A stretch of 64,000 bases of DNA from Candidatus Omnitrophota bacterium (GTDB lineage: Bacteria; Omnitrophota; Gorgyraeia; Pluralincolimonadales; Pluralincolimonadaceae): contig JAZDOX010000038.1 in NCBI GenBank assembly GCA_043798215.1, positions 5,659-69,658 on the forward strand, written 5' to 3'. The stretch's first letter is position 1; each line of letters starts with the position of its first letter. Under the pieces are notes generated by a model, which saw nothing but the letters and a program-made list of their open reading frames with translations, made no database searches and had not been told where the DNA came from. Shown here piece after piece: positions 1 through 15,000 of the stretch. The position numbers and the translations under genes are program-made.

Positions 1-3000
1 TTTATCTATGAATTGCCTGGACAAATAAATGGTCTGTGTAACTTGGTCGGAATAGCCGAACGACCAGTTGTTCTCATCTTCAATTATAATGCCCGGCACA
101 GGCTTTCCATTCGCATCCGTAACATCAACGAGAACCACTTTGGCGGCTTTCAATATGTCAACCACATCTTTATATCCCATTCCCAGTAATTTAGCGAATG
201 TCTCGGAGACAAGGCCATTGTATAAATCAGGCTCGTTAAATCCGCTAACATTACCATCGTATATCGTTGTCTGCGGACTATTTTTACAAGCTTCAAGCAA
301 GTCATCTTCCTCTATGTTGCCAAGGCCTTTTTGGATGGACTGCCCAAGAAAAGACTTAAATTCAAGTTCTATTTCAGCTTCTGTCACCCCGATGGGGGTA
401 AATTCTATTAAATCGCTTTCAATATTATCGAGATCCTCCAACGTTATATCGTAAGGAAGCGCGCCCTCTTCTAAGCAATAGCGCAGTACTCTCCATTGTA
501 ACAATTTTAAGTCCTTTATCGTATTTCTCAAACAAAAGTAATATACCTCGGTATTGGTGCCACCGCCACATCTGAATCCTTTTTCTATCAAATCAACGAT
601 AATCGATTTTGCCGCCGAAGCAAAATCATACGCTTCTTGAATATCATCATATTCTGTAATTATCTCTAACGCGCTTGTGCGGGAATAACCAAGGTTGATT
701 ATACTCTCAAGCATATCTTTCTTAGCCACCGCCTTATCATAACAAAGATCCTCTGTGCCGCTTTCGTTTTTGCCGGTGTATTTAAGAATAAAATCTAAAA
801 GCTCCCGGGAAGCCGAAGTAACCGTGCCGGTGTCTGAGTATACGAAATTGCCCGCACTCGTCTTGATGGCGGCTATCCTTTGCAATTTTGCCTTTATATC
901 CAGCGCGCGATCCAAAGCTTCACTGCAAGACATTCTCGCCAGCATAAAGTTGGCGCAGGCTATATTGAATCCATATTCATTGATTAATTTGTCTCTGACC
1001 AAGAGGCGCTCTTGCGCAATGGCAATTGCTTTGCTAATCCTGTTCTTATTTATAATCCGGAATGCCTCAGAACGAGTTAATCCTAAATCCATTAACTGGC
1101 AAAGTAACGATTTACCGTCCCTTTGGGCTGCTTTAAGCTCATCTATAATATTGATAGAGTGTGAAGAATATAATTCTAAAGATTCCCTATAAGTAAAACC
1201 TTGCAATCCTAATCCCCTTATAATCTCATTGCTGCCGCCTTGTCTCAGGAACTCGATCAAAGCCTTATATCCCTTACCGGAATAGATAAATTCACATAAA
1301 TAAACGCTTACTTTTCCTGTCTTAACTTCTGGGGAATTTTCTATAAGATAGGCCACGTCGCGCGCTCTGCCCAATAAAACCTCTGGATTCCTAGCGCCAT
1401 TGTTAATTAAATTCTGCGCGAAAGAACCGCTGAATCCTATATCTTTTAATTCCCTGATCAGGGAATTAATTTCGCCAAATAACGCGATGGCGTCATTTTC
1501 CGTTATCACCCCGTACGAAATCAAAAGATCCTTCGCGTTGCCATCGCTTAGCATGTCTTTTCTTACACCCCTGGTTGCCTCTATATTTTTGAATACATTA
1601 TCAAGAACAGCCACAGTTTTCACCATATTATAGGAATAGAGGCAATTTATTATTTCATAGACGGCTATTCCAGTTTGAACCAAGCGATCAAATTCGTTCA
1701 CCGGGAAAATCGAAGAGATCAATCTTCTTCTATAAGAAGCGGGATTCTTGCACATTTCATCCGTTATTTTATTATTATAATAATCAACCAGCGTCTTAAG
1801 TCTTGCGCTCAACGCATTATAATCATAGTTGAAATTCTTGTTTAAAATATTCTCCTTCTCTTGCGCGGTTAAAACGCCTTTCTCTTTAAGAAAATCGAGG
1901 CCGCCGCTATAATATCGGACAAGCGCGTTTGCCATTAAGCCGCTCTCTTCCGCTGAAATTCCCGCTTCTTTAAAAGAACCTGTCAACGTTTCTTTTAATT
2001 GGACTTCCTGCCTTGATAAGCCGCCTCCTCTTATCCTGTAAACCCCATTATTTTCGTAGAGAACGGCCGCCATATCCTCAAGCGCGCCGCCGACGAATAC
2101 CTGATTTTCTCTCAATAATCTCCACATCGCTTCCTGAAGTTCCTGGATCTCGGGAATTGAACTGTAGAAGCAGGTAATAACGACGGGATTGCCATCTCCA
2201 TCAAGTAATGGATTTCCGTTGGAATCTTCAAGAATAACCTCTTGTTCTGTCATCGAGAGAGTTGAACGAATGGCATTAAGAGCGGTTTGCTGTGTCGAAG
2301 TTATTATTTCTAATCCTTCATAGCGCTCCAGCTCGGCTATTTGGGCTAGTGCTTCGTTGAGAATAAAGATGGCATAATTGTGGTCTGATTCGCTGTCATT
2401 TTGGTTTCTGGCGTTAACAGCGGCCTTCAGACTGGTTATGGCTCCGTCGCTTAAGACAGCGGAGGCATCATCAATGATAATTTCTCCTTCGAAAATTTGA
2501 TATACCGCGTCAAAAGCGATATGCTCGGCTTCGTGGCAGAAAGCGGCTTCTTGTTCATTCATCGATAAGTCCTTTGATATTAAGATCAAAGAGCCTATCT
2601 TTAAGGCGCGGGCAGGGATTAAATCTCCGGCTTTGTAACCGCTTGGTATTGTATCTGTCGCCTCGTATACGCCAAAGGTGTCTATGCCTAACGCCTTTTG
2701 TATCTTTTCTATTACGCTCTGCGAAACAAGCGAAACTCCGGCGTTAAACTGTCCGCCTAAATCTACGATGGTATTCTCAGTCTCAACCAATTCCCTTAAA
2801 CGAACAACCGCCACGGTTAATTCTTCGGAGCCGCTGGGGGCGATCTCGATATCGCGGATGCGGGCGTCTAACTCGTCGGCAAACGAGCATCCGGCATTTA
2901 TTATCGGCTCGTGAGAATCCTGACTCTGCGCGGCATCTCCGATCTGTTCAACGGTAGACGCTTCCTTCTTGGTCAAAACGATCATATTTTCGATGAGATT

Positions 3001-6000
3001 AAAACCATCAAAGTCCCCTGCCACCTTAACTTCGCCAAGGATAGCGGGCAAGACATCTTTATCTTCATCGAAAAGATATCCGAATTTAGAAGCTTTTATG
3101 GCGGCGATCGCCAAATTCATAACCGAATCCGACATAAATGTGTCGAAAGCGATTACCAGGCTGCCGTTTGGAACCAAGCTGTCGTAGACGGCATTGAGCT
3201 CCTTAACCGCGCAATCCATATTATAGAAAAGAGTCGGATCGACTATAACCGCTATGTCTACGGTATTGGGCCTATCGGCAAAGTAAGCGGCGTTTATGTT
3301 CTGTTTGAGGGTGTCAACCATCTCGAAGCTAATATCCTCAAGCCCAAACAAATCCCTGTTTTCTTTTGCCTCCACCAAAAATTCAAGATTAACATCTATT
3401 CCTTTTATCGCAACCGTCTGGCCTGTGGCTTCTTGAAGGCCTCTTTGAAGCGCTAAAGCGTATGAGCAAGAACCGCAATTAACAGCCACAGCGTTAAGTC
3501 CCTCTTTGGCGGAATAATCTATCCTTGCGCTTCTGAGGGCATAATTAATATTCTCGGCAAATTTAGTGTCCTTCGCATATTGGTCTATTAACATTTGGGC
3601 CTGTTCTTTTATATCGCCTGTCTGCGCCAACACGAATTCTGCGTAATAATTTTCATATCCGGGGCTGCTTAAGAGATTGTATTTGGTCAGGCCTGCGGCA
3701 AGGCTGTCATCCAAAATCATTAACTGCTTTGCAACCTCATCTTTTAAGGCGCGGTTATCGGTTATCCAGTTGGGCAGATAAGAGACAACGATTGGGATTG
3801 CTTCATTGCCGCTCGCAATGCCGCCGGCGGCGTCATTTTGCCAGATGTGATAATAATACTGCTCATCAAAAGACAAATCGGGCTGCGCAATAAATCTTTT
3901 CTCGACTATACCTTCCGAGGCAATTAAAAGATGTGAACGATTTAATTCCGCGGCTCTGTCGTAATAACTAATGTTAGGCGTTAGATCTTTTAATCTCTCT
4001 TTAATCTCGCCAAGATTCGTTGAGGATAGGAAATTGCTGTTGTAAAATAGTGCGGCTTCTTTTACTTTTATACCTAATCTGTCTATTTCAGTATCGCAGA
4101 TATGCTTTATAGAATTGTGACCGTCCATATCATTGACATGGATCAGGACGTAAACATTCTTCCCATCTCTTTCACCCCTAATGATAACCCCGGAGCAGCT
4201 GGATAACTCTAAGATAACCGCAGCCTCGCCTTCCGGTATCTCGGCAACCATGAAATGATCAGTAGGAACATTTATCCTTCCACATATGGGCTCTTCGAAA
4301 CTGATCGTACGTTCAGTAAAGCGCGGGGTTGGCATATTGCTTTCCGATATCTCATAAGTTGTATATTCACTCTTTGTAACCTCTAATAAACCCGACAAAG
4401 TCCAACGTTCATAACTTGTTACCGCCTTTCTTAATTGCGCCTTAAAATCGGTGGTTGTTGCCGGCGAGACTGCGGCCAGCATATCTGAAACATCTACAGT
4501 TATATTTACTATATTATAATAAACGGTTTCGGTCGCGAAATCATCAACCGCCGCGCAAACACACCATCGGTATCCTAATTCGCTCTTATCCAGCGCTCCT
4601 TCTATAGAGAAATCTCCAAATTGCACTAACACTATATCATCGGGCGAATATTTCTCGTAAATCTCATTTAAGCTCTCGCCGTAATAATAACCGGTTACAA
4701 CATCCTTGCCGTCGATGGTCTTTATTACCCCGTAGGCGAAAGACAAAGGTATCTCCAACATAATTTCATTGGCGGCGCAAAGAGCGATATTGAACAAGTC
4801 CGTCTCGGCCTTCTTTGTTGTATATAACTGGCCATTCTGGTGGGTTATTACGCTGGATAAGCTGTCTGCGCTTAAGGGGTTGACGCCTTTAGGTTCTTCA
4901 AAAGACTTAAATGAGTCGCTGGAAGTTTCTCCGATGGCTATTGATTCATCCGACACATACGACCTTACTATCTCAACAGCGGTTGCGGTGGTAGAAACTA
5001 TGCTGTAGGATTCTACGCCGGCAGAAACCAAAGCGGATTCGCCCTTGGCCAACGTAATAGTCGGCTTGCCTGTTGCCCTTAATTCAACGGTTCCGCTTAA
5101 GACAGTGATTATCTGGAACTTCTCGTTCGTCTGCTGGTTAGAGAGAGTTGACATACCGGCCATATCTATCTTATCGACCTTAAAGAACTCGCAATCAACC
5201 AAAGTCTTTATCTCCGGCTGCGAAGTAACTTGAGGCGTCCTTATGAAGTCGTCTTTGGTCGTCTTTCTGAAATCAAGGACGTCCATACATTGGCTTATAT
5301 GAAGCTGTCTCTTTGGAAGCCTGTTCCAGTCCCATGCCCTGTAAGTGATACCGCTTGACTGTTGGATTTCGGCTATTCTGCATCCAGAGCCTATGGCGTG
5401 AATAGTAGTGGAAGGAATATAATACATCTCTCCTTTGGTAACCACGAATTTATTTAGATATTTATCGGCTATATCGATATTGCCGGCGTCTAAGTCTTTT
5501 CTAAATTCATCTCTTCTGTCTATTCCAAGCTCAGGATTATACACCTCTTCCTTAAAACCAAGATACAGAACGCTTCCAGGATCGGCGTCCAGAACATACC
5601 AACATTCGGTTTTGCCCAAATCGCCTTCCTTCTTGGCGTATTCATCATCTGGATGGACCTGAACAGAGAGGTTCTCGCTTGCATCCAAGAACTTAACGAG
5701 GATTGGATTCTCGCCATCGGTTATGTCGTTGATATCTTCGCCCATAATATCTTCACCTGCTATCTTTAACAGGGCGGGTATGGATATCGTAACGCCGCTT
5801 GTGGGTAAAACAACCTGGCTTGGGCTGTCCTTATGTCCGGACACTTCCCAGGACTCGCCTATCTTCTTATTGTCATAGCCGGAGAGGCCTTTCAGCGCGG
5901 CTATGAAATCTCCGCCCCAGGGCTTTTCGACCAAGTTATCCGTCTTCGGCTTTATTATCTGGCTCTTTAATGTGTTTATATCGGTAACAGCGTTATTGTA

Positions 6001-9000
6001 TTGGGTAATATACTCTTGTTTTTTGGCCGCTATCTGGGCAAGAGTAGCTGTCTGCATATTCGTCGCTATCTGGCCAAAGGAATACTGGTTGCCATATTCG
6101 GTCAAAACAACGTCCCAGTCTTTCTTTCCGTCGCGGGCTATATTGGTCTTCATACGGCATCTGCCGTTTACCGGATCATAGACATCGGTTAGAGCCTCGC
6201 CTTGCTTGAGGCTCATATAACCGGCCTCGACCACGTTATAGGCTATAGCATTCTGGGCGTCTAAACGAATTATCTTGGAGCCTATGACAATACAGTTCTC
6301 GACGTTCAATTCTTCGGCTGTTACCCCTATTAAGATACTGTTTACTATCTTGCCGCGTTTTATGTTGCAATCTCTCATAACAGAACCTGAAATAGTAACT
6401 TCCTGAGTTAGGGTGTTTGTCCCATCAACCCATCTATCGTCGGCAACTCCATAGAATTCTCTCATTGCCTTTCCTTCGGCGGAATCTTCCAAAAGCTTCA
6501 TATTGTTCTGATAATAGAGGTTTACCTGGCCGTAGTCCCACCAAAAGCTTCCATTTCCGACGTCTTTGTAGCCGAAGAGCCTCTTATCGGGAGACTGGGT
6601 CTCCAGATAATCTTTTACTTCTTTTGCCTTGCCCGATACACCCGAAGAAGTCCATTTTTGGTAGAGATCGGGATCTGTGTCGAGCTTTTCTTTCTTAGCA
6701 GTAAGTTCGGGATTAAAAACATCGAGAAGTTTATCAAGCGCCACTTTATCCCACGAGAAAGAACCCAAACTCTTTCCAGCCACTCTCTTGTCTTCCTCAT
6801 TTGGCGCAACCAACTCTACAGCCTGGTCATAAGGCGTCTTTTCTCTCAATTGAGCAACATCGTTGTTAGCGCCCAGAATAATCAGGCCGTAATCCTTAAA
6901 ACTCTCATCTAATTCAGCCTCTACTGCCAAAATTTCCACGTGGTGTTCCCCGTCGAAGCTAACATCGGCATTAGGTATAAAGACTTGATCTCCCCAGAAG
7001 ACGCAAAGCCTTCCATCACGGGTATCGGCAAATAGGCCGGTCTGATATATTACTTCCTCAAGAATGGTTACCGGTTCCTTTACCCCGCCAACATCAACCA
7101 ACTGGGGAGCTTTTATCGCCGGCTTGTTGTTGCCCTCGGCGCCCGGAAGAGGAGCCATCCTTGTCCCTTTACCTGCGGTGTGATACATTGCTATCTTCTT
7201 ACCCGCGGCTAACTCGGCCCCCAAATCTATCGAAGAAGCCATAGCCTTTAATTCAGCGTTGTTCCAGGCGTTTAGGCTACCCAATAGATTGCCCGCCCCG
7301 CCTGATGCCCAATCCGCTTCAGAGACCGAAAGAATGACCGCGCCGCTCTTGGTTACCTGACTGCGAGTAGCCTCAAGGCGGGCCTGCCAGTAATTGGCCT
7401 GGTCTTCTGTTGGAGAAACAACAATGATGTAATCGAAACCTTTATTTTGCTCTACAGCTTCCTTCATCTTATTGATAGAACGTTTGTGCTCGACTATCGA
7501 GGAAGTATCCTTTGAAAGCTCACATGTTTCCGCCATAAACGAAGCAAGAATCTTTTTCTTTAGCTTATCCGCCATATCGAATTTGCTACTGGCAGTGTCT
7601 AAATAAAATGCGGGATAGCCTGCGGTGGCAAGAATATTTATGATGAAATCCTCGATATTTAGCTTCAAGGTATTATCAATCCCGCCTTCTATCCTTCCCG
7701 TTGAAGCCAAACTCTGCAATGTCAAAGCCATAGATTCAAGGTAAAAAACGGGGGTATCCTGCAATCCTTCAAAATTATAGGTTGAAAGCAATTCCGTTCC
7801 ACCGGAGACGCTTTGCTTAATGGCCGCCGCAAGGACATTTATTTCGTTTACCAGCGCGGCTTTCATAAGCGTGTCGGAAACGATATCCAGAAAATCTTTA
7901 ACATCGTAGAGAAACAGAGGGTCGGTGGTTTCTTTAGCCGCCACAGCTTTAAGCGTTATCGCCATATTTTTAATGCGGGCGATCATCTTTATTCTCTTAT
8001 CTGCCTTAACAAGATAATCCGGTTCTTCTCCCGCCGCGCCGATCAATATTTCAGGCATAAGCACGAGAAAATCCGTCATCGTCAAATTCTCGCTAAGATA
8101 TAGAATCCCGTTTAAACGGTAATACGATCCGTTATTGGATAGAACCTTAACAAAGCCATCTTCGACAATCTCTACCCCTTCGTTTGTTCCTGTTGCCGCC
8201 GTCATCAGCGCAGCCACAAGCTTTGAGTTATCGTCGATATCTTTTAATTGCAAATCGAATATGTTATTAGCCGAAGCCATAACAACAAATTGCTCATAGC
8301 CGCTCATAGTCTCGGAAATACTCTTATCAAGTGCGCTGTCGTCGGCGGAGGTATGAATGCCGGCTCCGGTGTTACAGGGTTCAATGACGCCTTTCTCGAC
8401 AATATTTCCCTGTAGATGTCCTTCATATCCGGGTATGGTAAGCTCGGCGCCTTCGTGAGCGATAAGAGCTTTTATCTCATCTATCTTATTTTGGGCAATC
8501 AATCTGTCCATAAAATACTTCGAAAGAACTACTATCTTTTCCCCTGTGCCGCTGTCAACATAGGAATAGGCAACGCAATATTTATCCCTGTTTTCCACAT
8601 ATATCGCGGGGGCCTTATTCCAAGTCTCCATAACCTCAATACGAGAACCCTGGAGTGTGTTGGCAGTATTTCTGAATGTCGCAGCTTTTGTAACATCGCT
8701 TATCAAATCGAGATCATCGGCTATCTTATTTAAATCTGCGATTGAAGCGCCGGCTATATCGCCGTAGAATGAACTTGCGCTGGTTCCATTTTGCCAAACG
8801 GTCTTTATCTTTCCTGCCTGCCTTGCCAGCGCTATCTCCACTTCAACTGTTTCGTTTGCGACATTCTCGCCTTTCTGGCCGCCCTGGGTTAAGTCAACGT
8901 TTTCCTTAGACCACTCTTTTGCCTCATCCAAAGGTTTGGCGTCCGTTGCGGATTTATCGTCAATGCCTTTGTTGTAATTCCAGTATAAAGCTCCATCGCC

Positions 9001-12000
9001 ACCCGATGTCTTGGTTGAATTCAAGTTATCTGTCAGCGATTTAGAGGTGTTGGCCGTCTGAAATTCCTCGAGCATCCAGGCTTTACCCGCTGGAACATTG
9101 GATACAAGACCGCTTAAATTTCCCATCCAGTCGTAATAATGCAGGGCGCAGTAATCAAGTTTAGACTGCGCGCCGCTTAAAACGCTTATGTGTTTCGCCG
9201 ATACGCCGGCGGTAATCAGAATATTTTTATTTACGGTTTTTATGACATCGGCGCAGGCATTTATAAATTCGCTTATGTCCGAGCGGCTTATAGGCGAAGA
9301 CGCTTTATAGGCGTCGTTGACAAATTCCCACCCGCCGCCTTCCACAGACTTAATAAGCCATTCCGGCTCGTTAATTATGTCTATCGTCATAAGATTCGGA
9401 TGATTTCCGAAGTCGCTCATAAACGGTTTTAGGAAATTATCGAAGAATTCTTGCCTCTTTTCCACATCGGTAAAGATGGCCGAATAGCCGCCCAACTGCT
9501 CTCCGTTTTCTATTTTAGCCTTATTGGCTATGTGAAAATCAACAAGCGTAAATTCTATTCTTATTCCGAACTCCGCAGCGATATCAAGAAGAACTCTAAT
9601 ATCTGTCTTGAATTGTGTGTTGTATCCGATTATATTTCCGGCGGCGTCGAATAGACTAATACCGTTATCCAATAATCCCATACGCACAAGGCTTATATTG
9701 TGGTCTTTCATATCCTTGAATTGCGCGCGCACAATATCGCTATGTTTGGATACGCCATTTCCTGCCCCGCCAAACCAGTCTGTGGTTCCGAAATTTTGTC
9801 CATAGGAAGAGTTTCCTTGAGAGCCTCTGTAATTTGTGCCCACAAAGAACCTCTGCTCGCCTTCCACGTAGAAGTTGCCGTCTTTGACTTCAACCGGCGC
9901 AAGGCGGCCGGCGGTTTGAAATTTTTCCGCCATTTTTTGGACTTCTTCTGTCTTCTTCTCAAGGTCAACCTTTTCATTATGGGCAGCAACGATATTTTCC
10001 ATCTCAGGGGCGACAACGCCTTCTATCTTTTCCGCCGGCGTTGTAACTTCAGCTATTGAGGGCGCGGGTTCTTTGGCAATATCGGCCTTTCTTCCGGCAA
10101 GTTTAGTTCTTGCAAATTCCGCGAAGGTCCCGTCGGTTGTATTCTCGAATCCGGCTAAATTAATAACCAATACATCCGCCTGCATCCACACCTTCTGGCT
10201 GTTTTCGTCGAAAACAATCCTGAACTTAACCCCGGAGTTCGTAAGATCGGTGTGATATTTGGAATAGACCCTGCCGCCGCTCACAACCTTTCCATCCCCT
10301 ATCACTTCATCCAAAACGTCTATCACTGCTGTAGCGCTGAAAATATCGGTTACGCTACGATCTACCTCGACACTAAAACCCTTGCCTTCGAATTGGCTCG
10401 TAAAATTCCTTATCTTCTCTGAATCGGTCAATCTGAGTATTTCATCTTCTATAGCATTCTTTATGGAATCTATGCTTTGCTCAAGGACGTCTTCGTTTAT
10501 AACATCCTCTAAGTTATCTTCCAGATACTTAAGCATCGCCTGTTTCTTCTCCTCAAGCTCGGCGTCGTCTTTGGCTCCCGTGTCAAGATAGACCTTGAGC
10601 TCCTCAACGTAAGCATTCCAGAGAACTTCTACTACGGCAATCTTATCCTCTAATTCTTTTACTCTGGCATCAACGTCTATAGTCGCGTAATTTATGCCTT
10701 TCTCCGAATCATAACCAAGCGTCTTTTGCTGTTCGAGCAATGTTCTCAACGCAGACTTCCCGCGGCATATAATCTCAAGCCACATAGCGCGTTCGCCGTC
10801 AATGTTGTATTTCTCGGCGCGCAAATCCCAGTAATCGGCTTCGGTTTCGTATTTGGCTTTAACTAACTCTATCGCGTTTTTAATCATAACGGTTATTTCG
10901 TCAACGCAAGCCGCGAGAGATTTAATAGACGGATTATTTGGATTCTTGAGCTGATAATTGGCCGCGGAATTCCACGAATTCGTAAACCCTCCGGCGGCGC
11001 CGGAATTCTCAAATGACGAAAATGTTGCCGTATCTGGATGCTCCACAATAAACGGCATATCTTTAGGCGCGTTTGTTAACGGATTTTCGCCGGTCCGCGA
11101 TTTAACGATGATGAAATTGATGTTATTTATGCCGCCGGTATATTTCAATTCGCCGGCCAAACCCGCCTTTTGCGAAGACAGGCTGACACCTGCCAATTTT
11201 CCGGTTAGGCCTCTGTTAACAATAGGTTGAACGCATTTATCCAGAAAAGATCTAACCTGCTCTAATATAAACGCGTTTGACTGGCTGCTTCCTCCTCCTT
11301 CATCCTTCGCTATAATCTGATCAACGTTGTCAATAAGGACAACCCCCATAAAGGCATCATGATTTATATAATTCTCGACAAAACTATTCCAGAAATTATT
11401 AAAGAAAGCGTCCCCGCTTCCTCCCCTGACTATCTCTGAAAATCCGGCAGCGCCTAAACTATTCTCGTCCAGCAGCGTAAACATAACCTTAATATTGTGT
11501 TTTTTGGCCAAGTCGAGAAGATTCCTCACGTCGGACCTGAAAGTCTCAAGCCAATTAATCACTTTTATCTCGCCGTTTTCGTAACGACCGAACATTGCGC
11601 TTCCATCGCCTAATAAATTCATCGAGATCGCGCGGACGCCATTTTGAGCCATTCTTCCAAGAGCCGCGTCAACTCTTGTAAGATTGGCGGTTATGCCGTT
11701 TGCGGCATCTCCAAAATTCGTTTGGGCCGAACCGAATGCTTGGCCGGTTGTTGCGTCAATAAAGGTGTTTGAACTGGTTCCGCGGACGTTCCATATCTGG
11801 TCATCAAGATATATGTCCGCGCCTTTTACAGTTACGACGCCTGTGCTGGAAACCTTTTGCGCTTCTAACTGATGTAACCGCTGTTTCAATTCATTTGCCG
11901 TAGCGGAAATTTTCGCTTCCAACTCGGCGGCTAAATTAGCCGCCGCTGTCTTGGCATTCTCTTTCAGGAATTCATTGGCGTCTTCAAGTTCGTAGATGTA

Positions 12001-15000
12001 GTTCTTGAAAATACCCTCATAAAGAGGGCCGAGGCCGGAAACAGGCTTAGTAGAGATATCCGCATTGGCACAGAGATTCTTTATATTTTCCGGCATCGCG
12101 TCTAAATCAGCGGCTCTCTTCTGATTTTCTATCTCGGCAATAAGTTCGTTCGAGCGCTGTAAATAGCGTTCTTCGGAGATTTCATTTCGCTCAAAACTGA
12201 AATAAACCTCGTTTAATTGCAATCTCGCATTGGCCATTCTTATTGCGGCCTCATTCGCCCTTTGGACCCTCTCCGCGGCATCATAGATAGCGTTTATGCG
12301 GGTATATTTTTCGTTATTCAAGGAGTTTAATTCCGCCCAGAGAATTCTTGTTGTTTCATCTTCAGTTCTATAAATTCTGTCGCCGGTAGAAGTCAATATA
12401 TCCTTTAACTCCTCCTCTTCCTGCTCTAATTGCGTCTTGGTCGTCTCGATTTTAGCTTCTGCTTCCAGGAACCGGCTGTCTATATCGGTAATTGCCGCTT
12501 TTGTCCCGGATATCATCGAGAGTATCGAGTCGGCTACTATCTCATTGGCCTTAGACTCGGGAAAATTGGCGAAGGTTTTAGCCGATATTTCACCAAGATC
12601 AAGCAAGGAACCTGCCATAACGTTGCGATAATCCTGCCAAGCGGCGGCATTCTCTTCTTCTTTCAGCTCAACTTCCATTGCCGCTTTTTCATAATCTCTG
12701 CCTGTTTGCGCTATCTTTTCGTCAAGGCGCGCCAACTCTGCTTTGTCGATCGTTAATTGCGCCTCCGTATCGGAAAGGATCTTCTGCTGCTCGGCCGCGG
12801 TTAAAGCGGCGCTATCCAAACATTGCTGATAATAGGCCATAACCTCCTCAGTCTGGACAAGCTGCCCCTGCGCGCGGCTGCAATAACGGCCGGATTGATA
12901 AAAATTTTCGGACGCTATTAATAATTGCAGCTTAAGATACGACAACTGTTTTAAGAGGCCGTCGGGATAACGCCGTATCTTGTCGCCAAGTATGGCCGGA
13001 ACGGGAGAATCCCTGCGAGGCGTAACCGTTCTCCCATTGCCTAATAATTCCTGCAACGCCTTAACTTTCATTAGATATATTTGGAATTCTCCGCCAAAAT
13101 CCTGTTCTCTATATTTTTCACGCAAAGTGACAGGATCGAGCTCGGCCAATTTAACATCTATAAAATCAACCGCTTCGTCTATCTGTTGTTTTATCTCCTC
13201 AAGCCAAACCGCGTTCTTCTTCTGGTTCTTATTGGCTATCTCTATATCTATCTTACAAGACTCTGCAACCCCTGCGATATAGGTCATCTCATTCTGTATT
13301 CTTGCTTTTAACGCGGCGGTGTCGCCTACAGCCCAGCCTATCAGATATTCCCTGAAATCCTCAAGCCGCTTAATTCTTTCTTCAACCTTAATCTTTTCCT
13401 TTCCCGCTTCAATGGCTTCTTCGGCGGCCTTCTCTTTGGCAACAATCGCCTGCCCGAGAGCCTCATCGCTCTCTCTGACATAGTTCTCCTTGACTACCAG
13501 CGATTGAGTCCGCTTCATAGTGTCTTCCTTCGTAGGCGCGAAAAGATTATTGAAATAATTAAGGAACTCGGTCTTCCAGCCGATTATTGTGGCTATAGTT
13601 CCGATAATAATGGCCCACGCAACAGGGCCGAGCATCCCTTTCTCGAACCATTTCTTGAAATAGTCGCCCACCTCGGAGAAGGCTATATCGGTGCCTGGTA
13701 TTCTCGTATAACCAACTTTGACCGTAAGGCCTGTATGGGCGGTCTTGTTCCACCAGGAACCTCTTCCTGTCGTTAACTCCGCTATAGCATGCATAACAGC
13801 CGGTATGTGGAAAGTTAAATATAGAGGAGTCCCGAGATTCGCGGTAAAGAGGCGCCATTTCATACCGCGCACAGCCTCGCTCTCATATTGAGTGTTAATT
13901 ACTAACCTTACAGTGTCCCATACCACCGCTCCAAGCAGGCCTGCTGATAGCGTTACTAAAGGCCCTGCGGATAAGAGGGCTGCGGCTGCGGCAGGCAAAG
14001 CTGTAAGGATAGCAAAAGACTTTATCTTTGATGAAGCGGCTGAGCCTGACTCTAACTGGCCGATATATTGCTCAGTCCTTCTTATTTCATTCTGGCAGGA
14101 TAGCCTAAGACGTTCGCCGTCGGCGCGCGCCTTCGCCAAACTCGCTTGCCCCTCTTCTAATCTTCCTTGGGCTATCAATTCATAAGCGTTGTCAAATTGG
14201 AATCTCTTCGGGTTCTTCTTATCGTAGAATTGTTTTATAATTCTGTCGTAGTAAACGTCTCTAGCCACTTGTGAATCTGGGAGGTCTTGTCCAAACTCTC
14301 TTATCTCATCGAGAGCGGCACTCATATCCCTCATAGATTTATCAAAAAGGAACTCATCGTTGGCTCCGGGAGACAAGATAGATATTTCGGTAAGTAGTGT
14401 CTGTATGAGTATCGGGGCAAGGACTAAGCTTAACCCGGCTATAGTCGGATTAAGGCCTAACATCTTAAACCAGCTGAATAGATACTCATAGCCCTGGACT
14501 ATACCGAATAAGCTTAAACCCTGTTTTATCGCAAATCCCAGACCATACAGCATAGTCACAATAGTGGTTGCCATCTGGAATATAGAAGACGATCCGCCGC
14601 CGCCCAAGATAAGCATATAATTGAATATACCGGTTATCCCGACTGTCTTATAGGCTTCCATAATATTTCCGCCGCGGGTATAGACAAGAAGTGTCTGCAG
14701 ATAACCCTTTGTCCAGCGGGATCTTTGGCCGGCCATACGCCCGCCGACATATTCATCTATCGCCTCTTCGCCGGTTACAGTGTTTGCTACCGTAGTTCTG
14801 TATCCTTGGAAGAATATCTGCATGCCAAGGTTGCAGTCTTCGGTTACATTATATCCGTCCCATCCGCCTAATTTCCTCAATGTCTTCACATAAAAGAAGT
14901 TGGAGGTTCCGCCTAACGGAACAAGCGTTCTCTTAGTTATAAAACCAGGCAAGACTAACTTAAACCAGCTCTCGTAATCTCCAACAAAACCTCTGGCGTT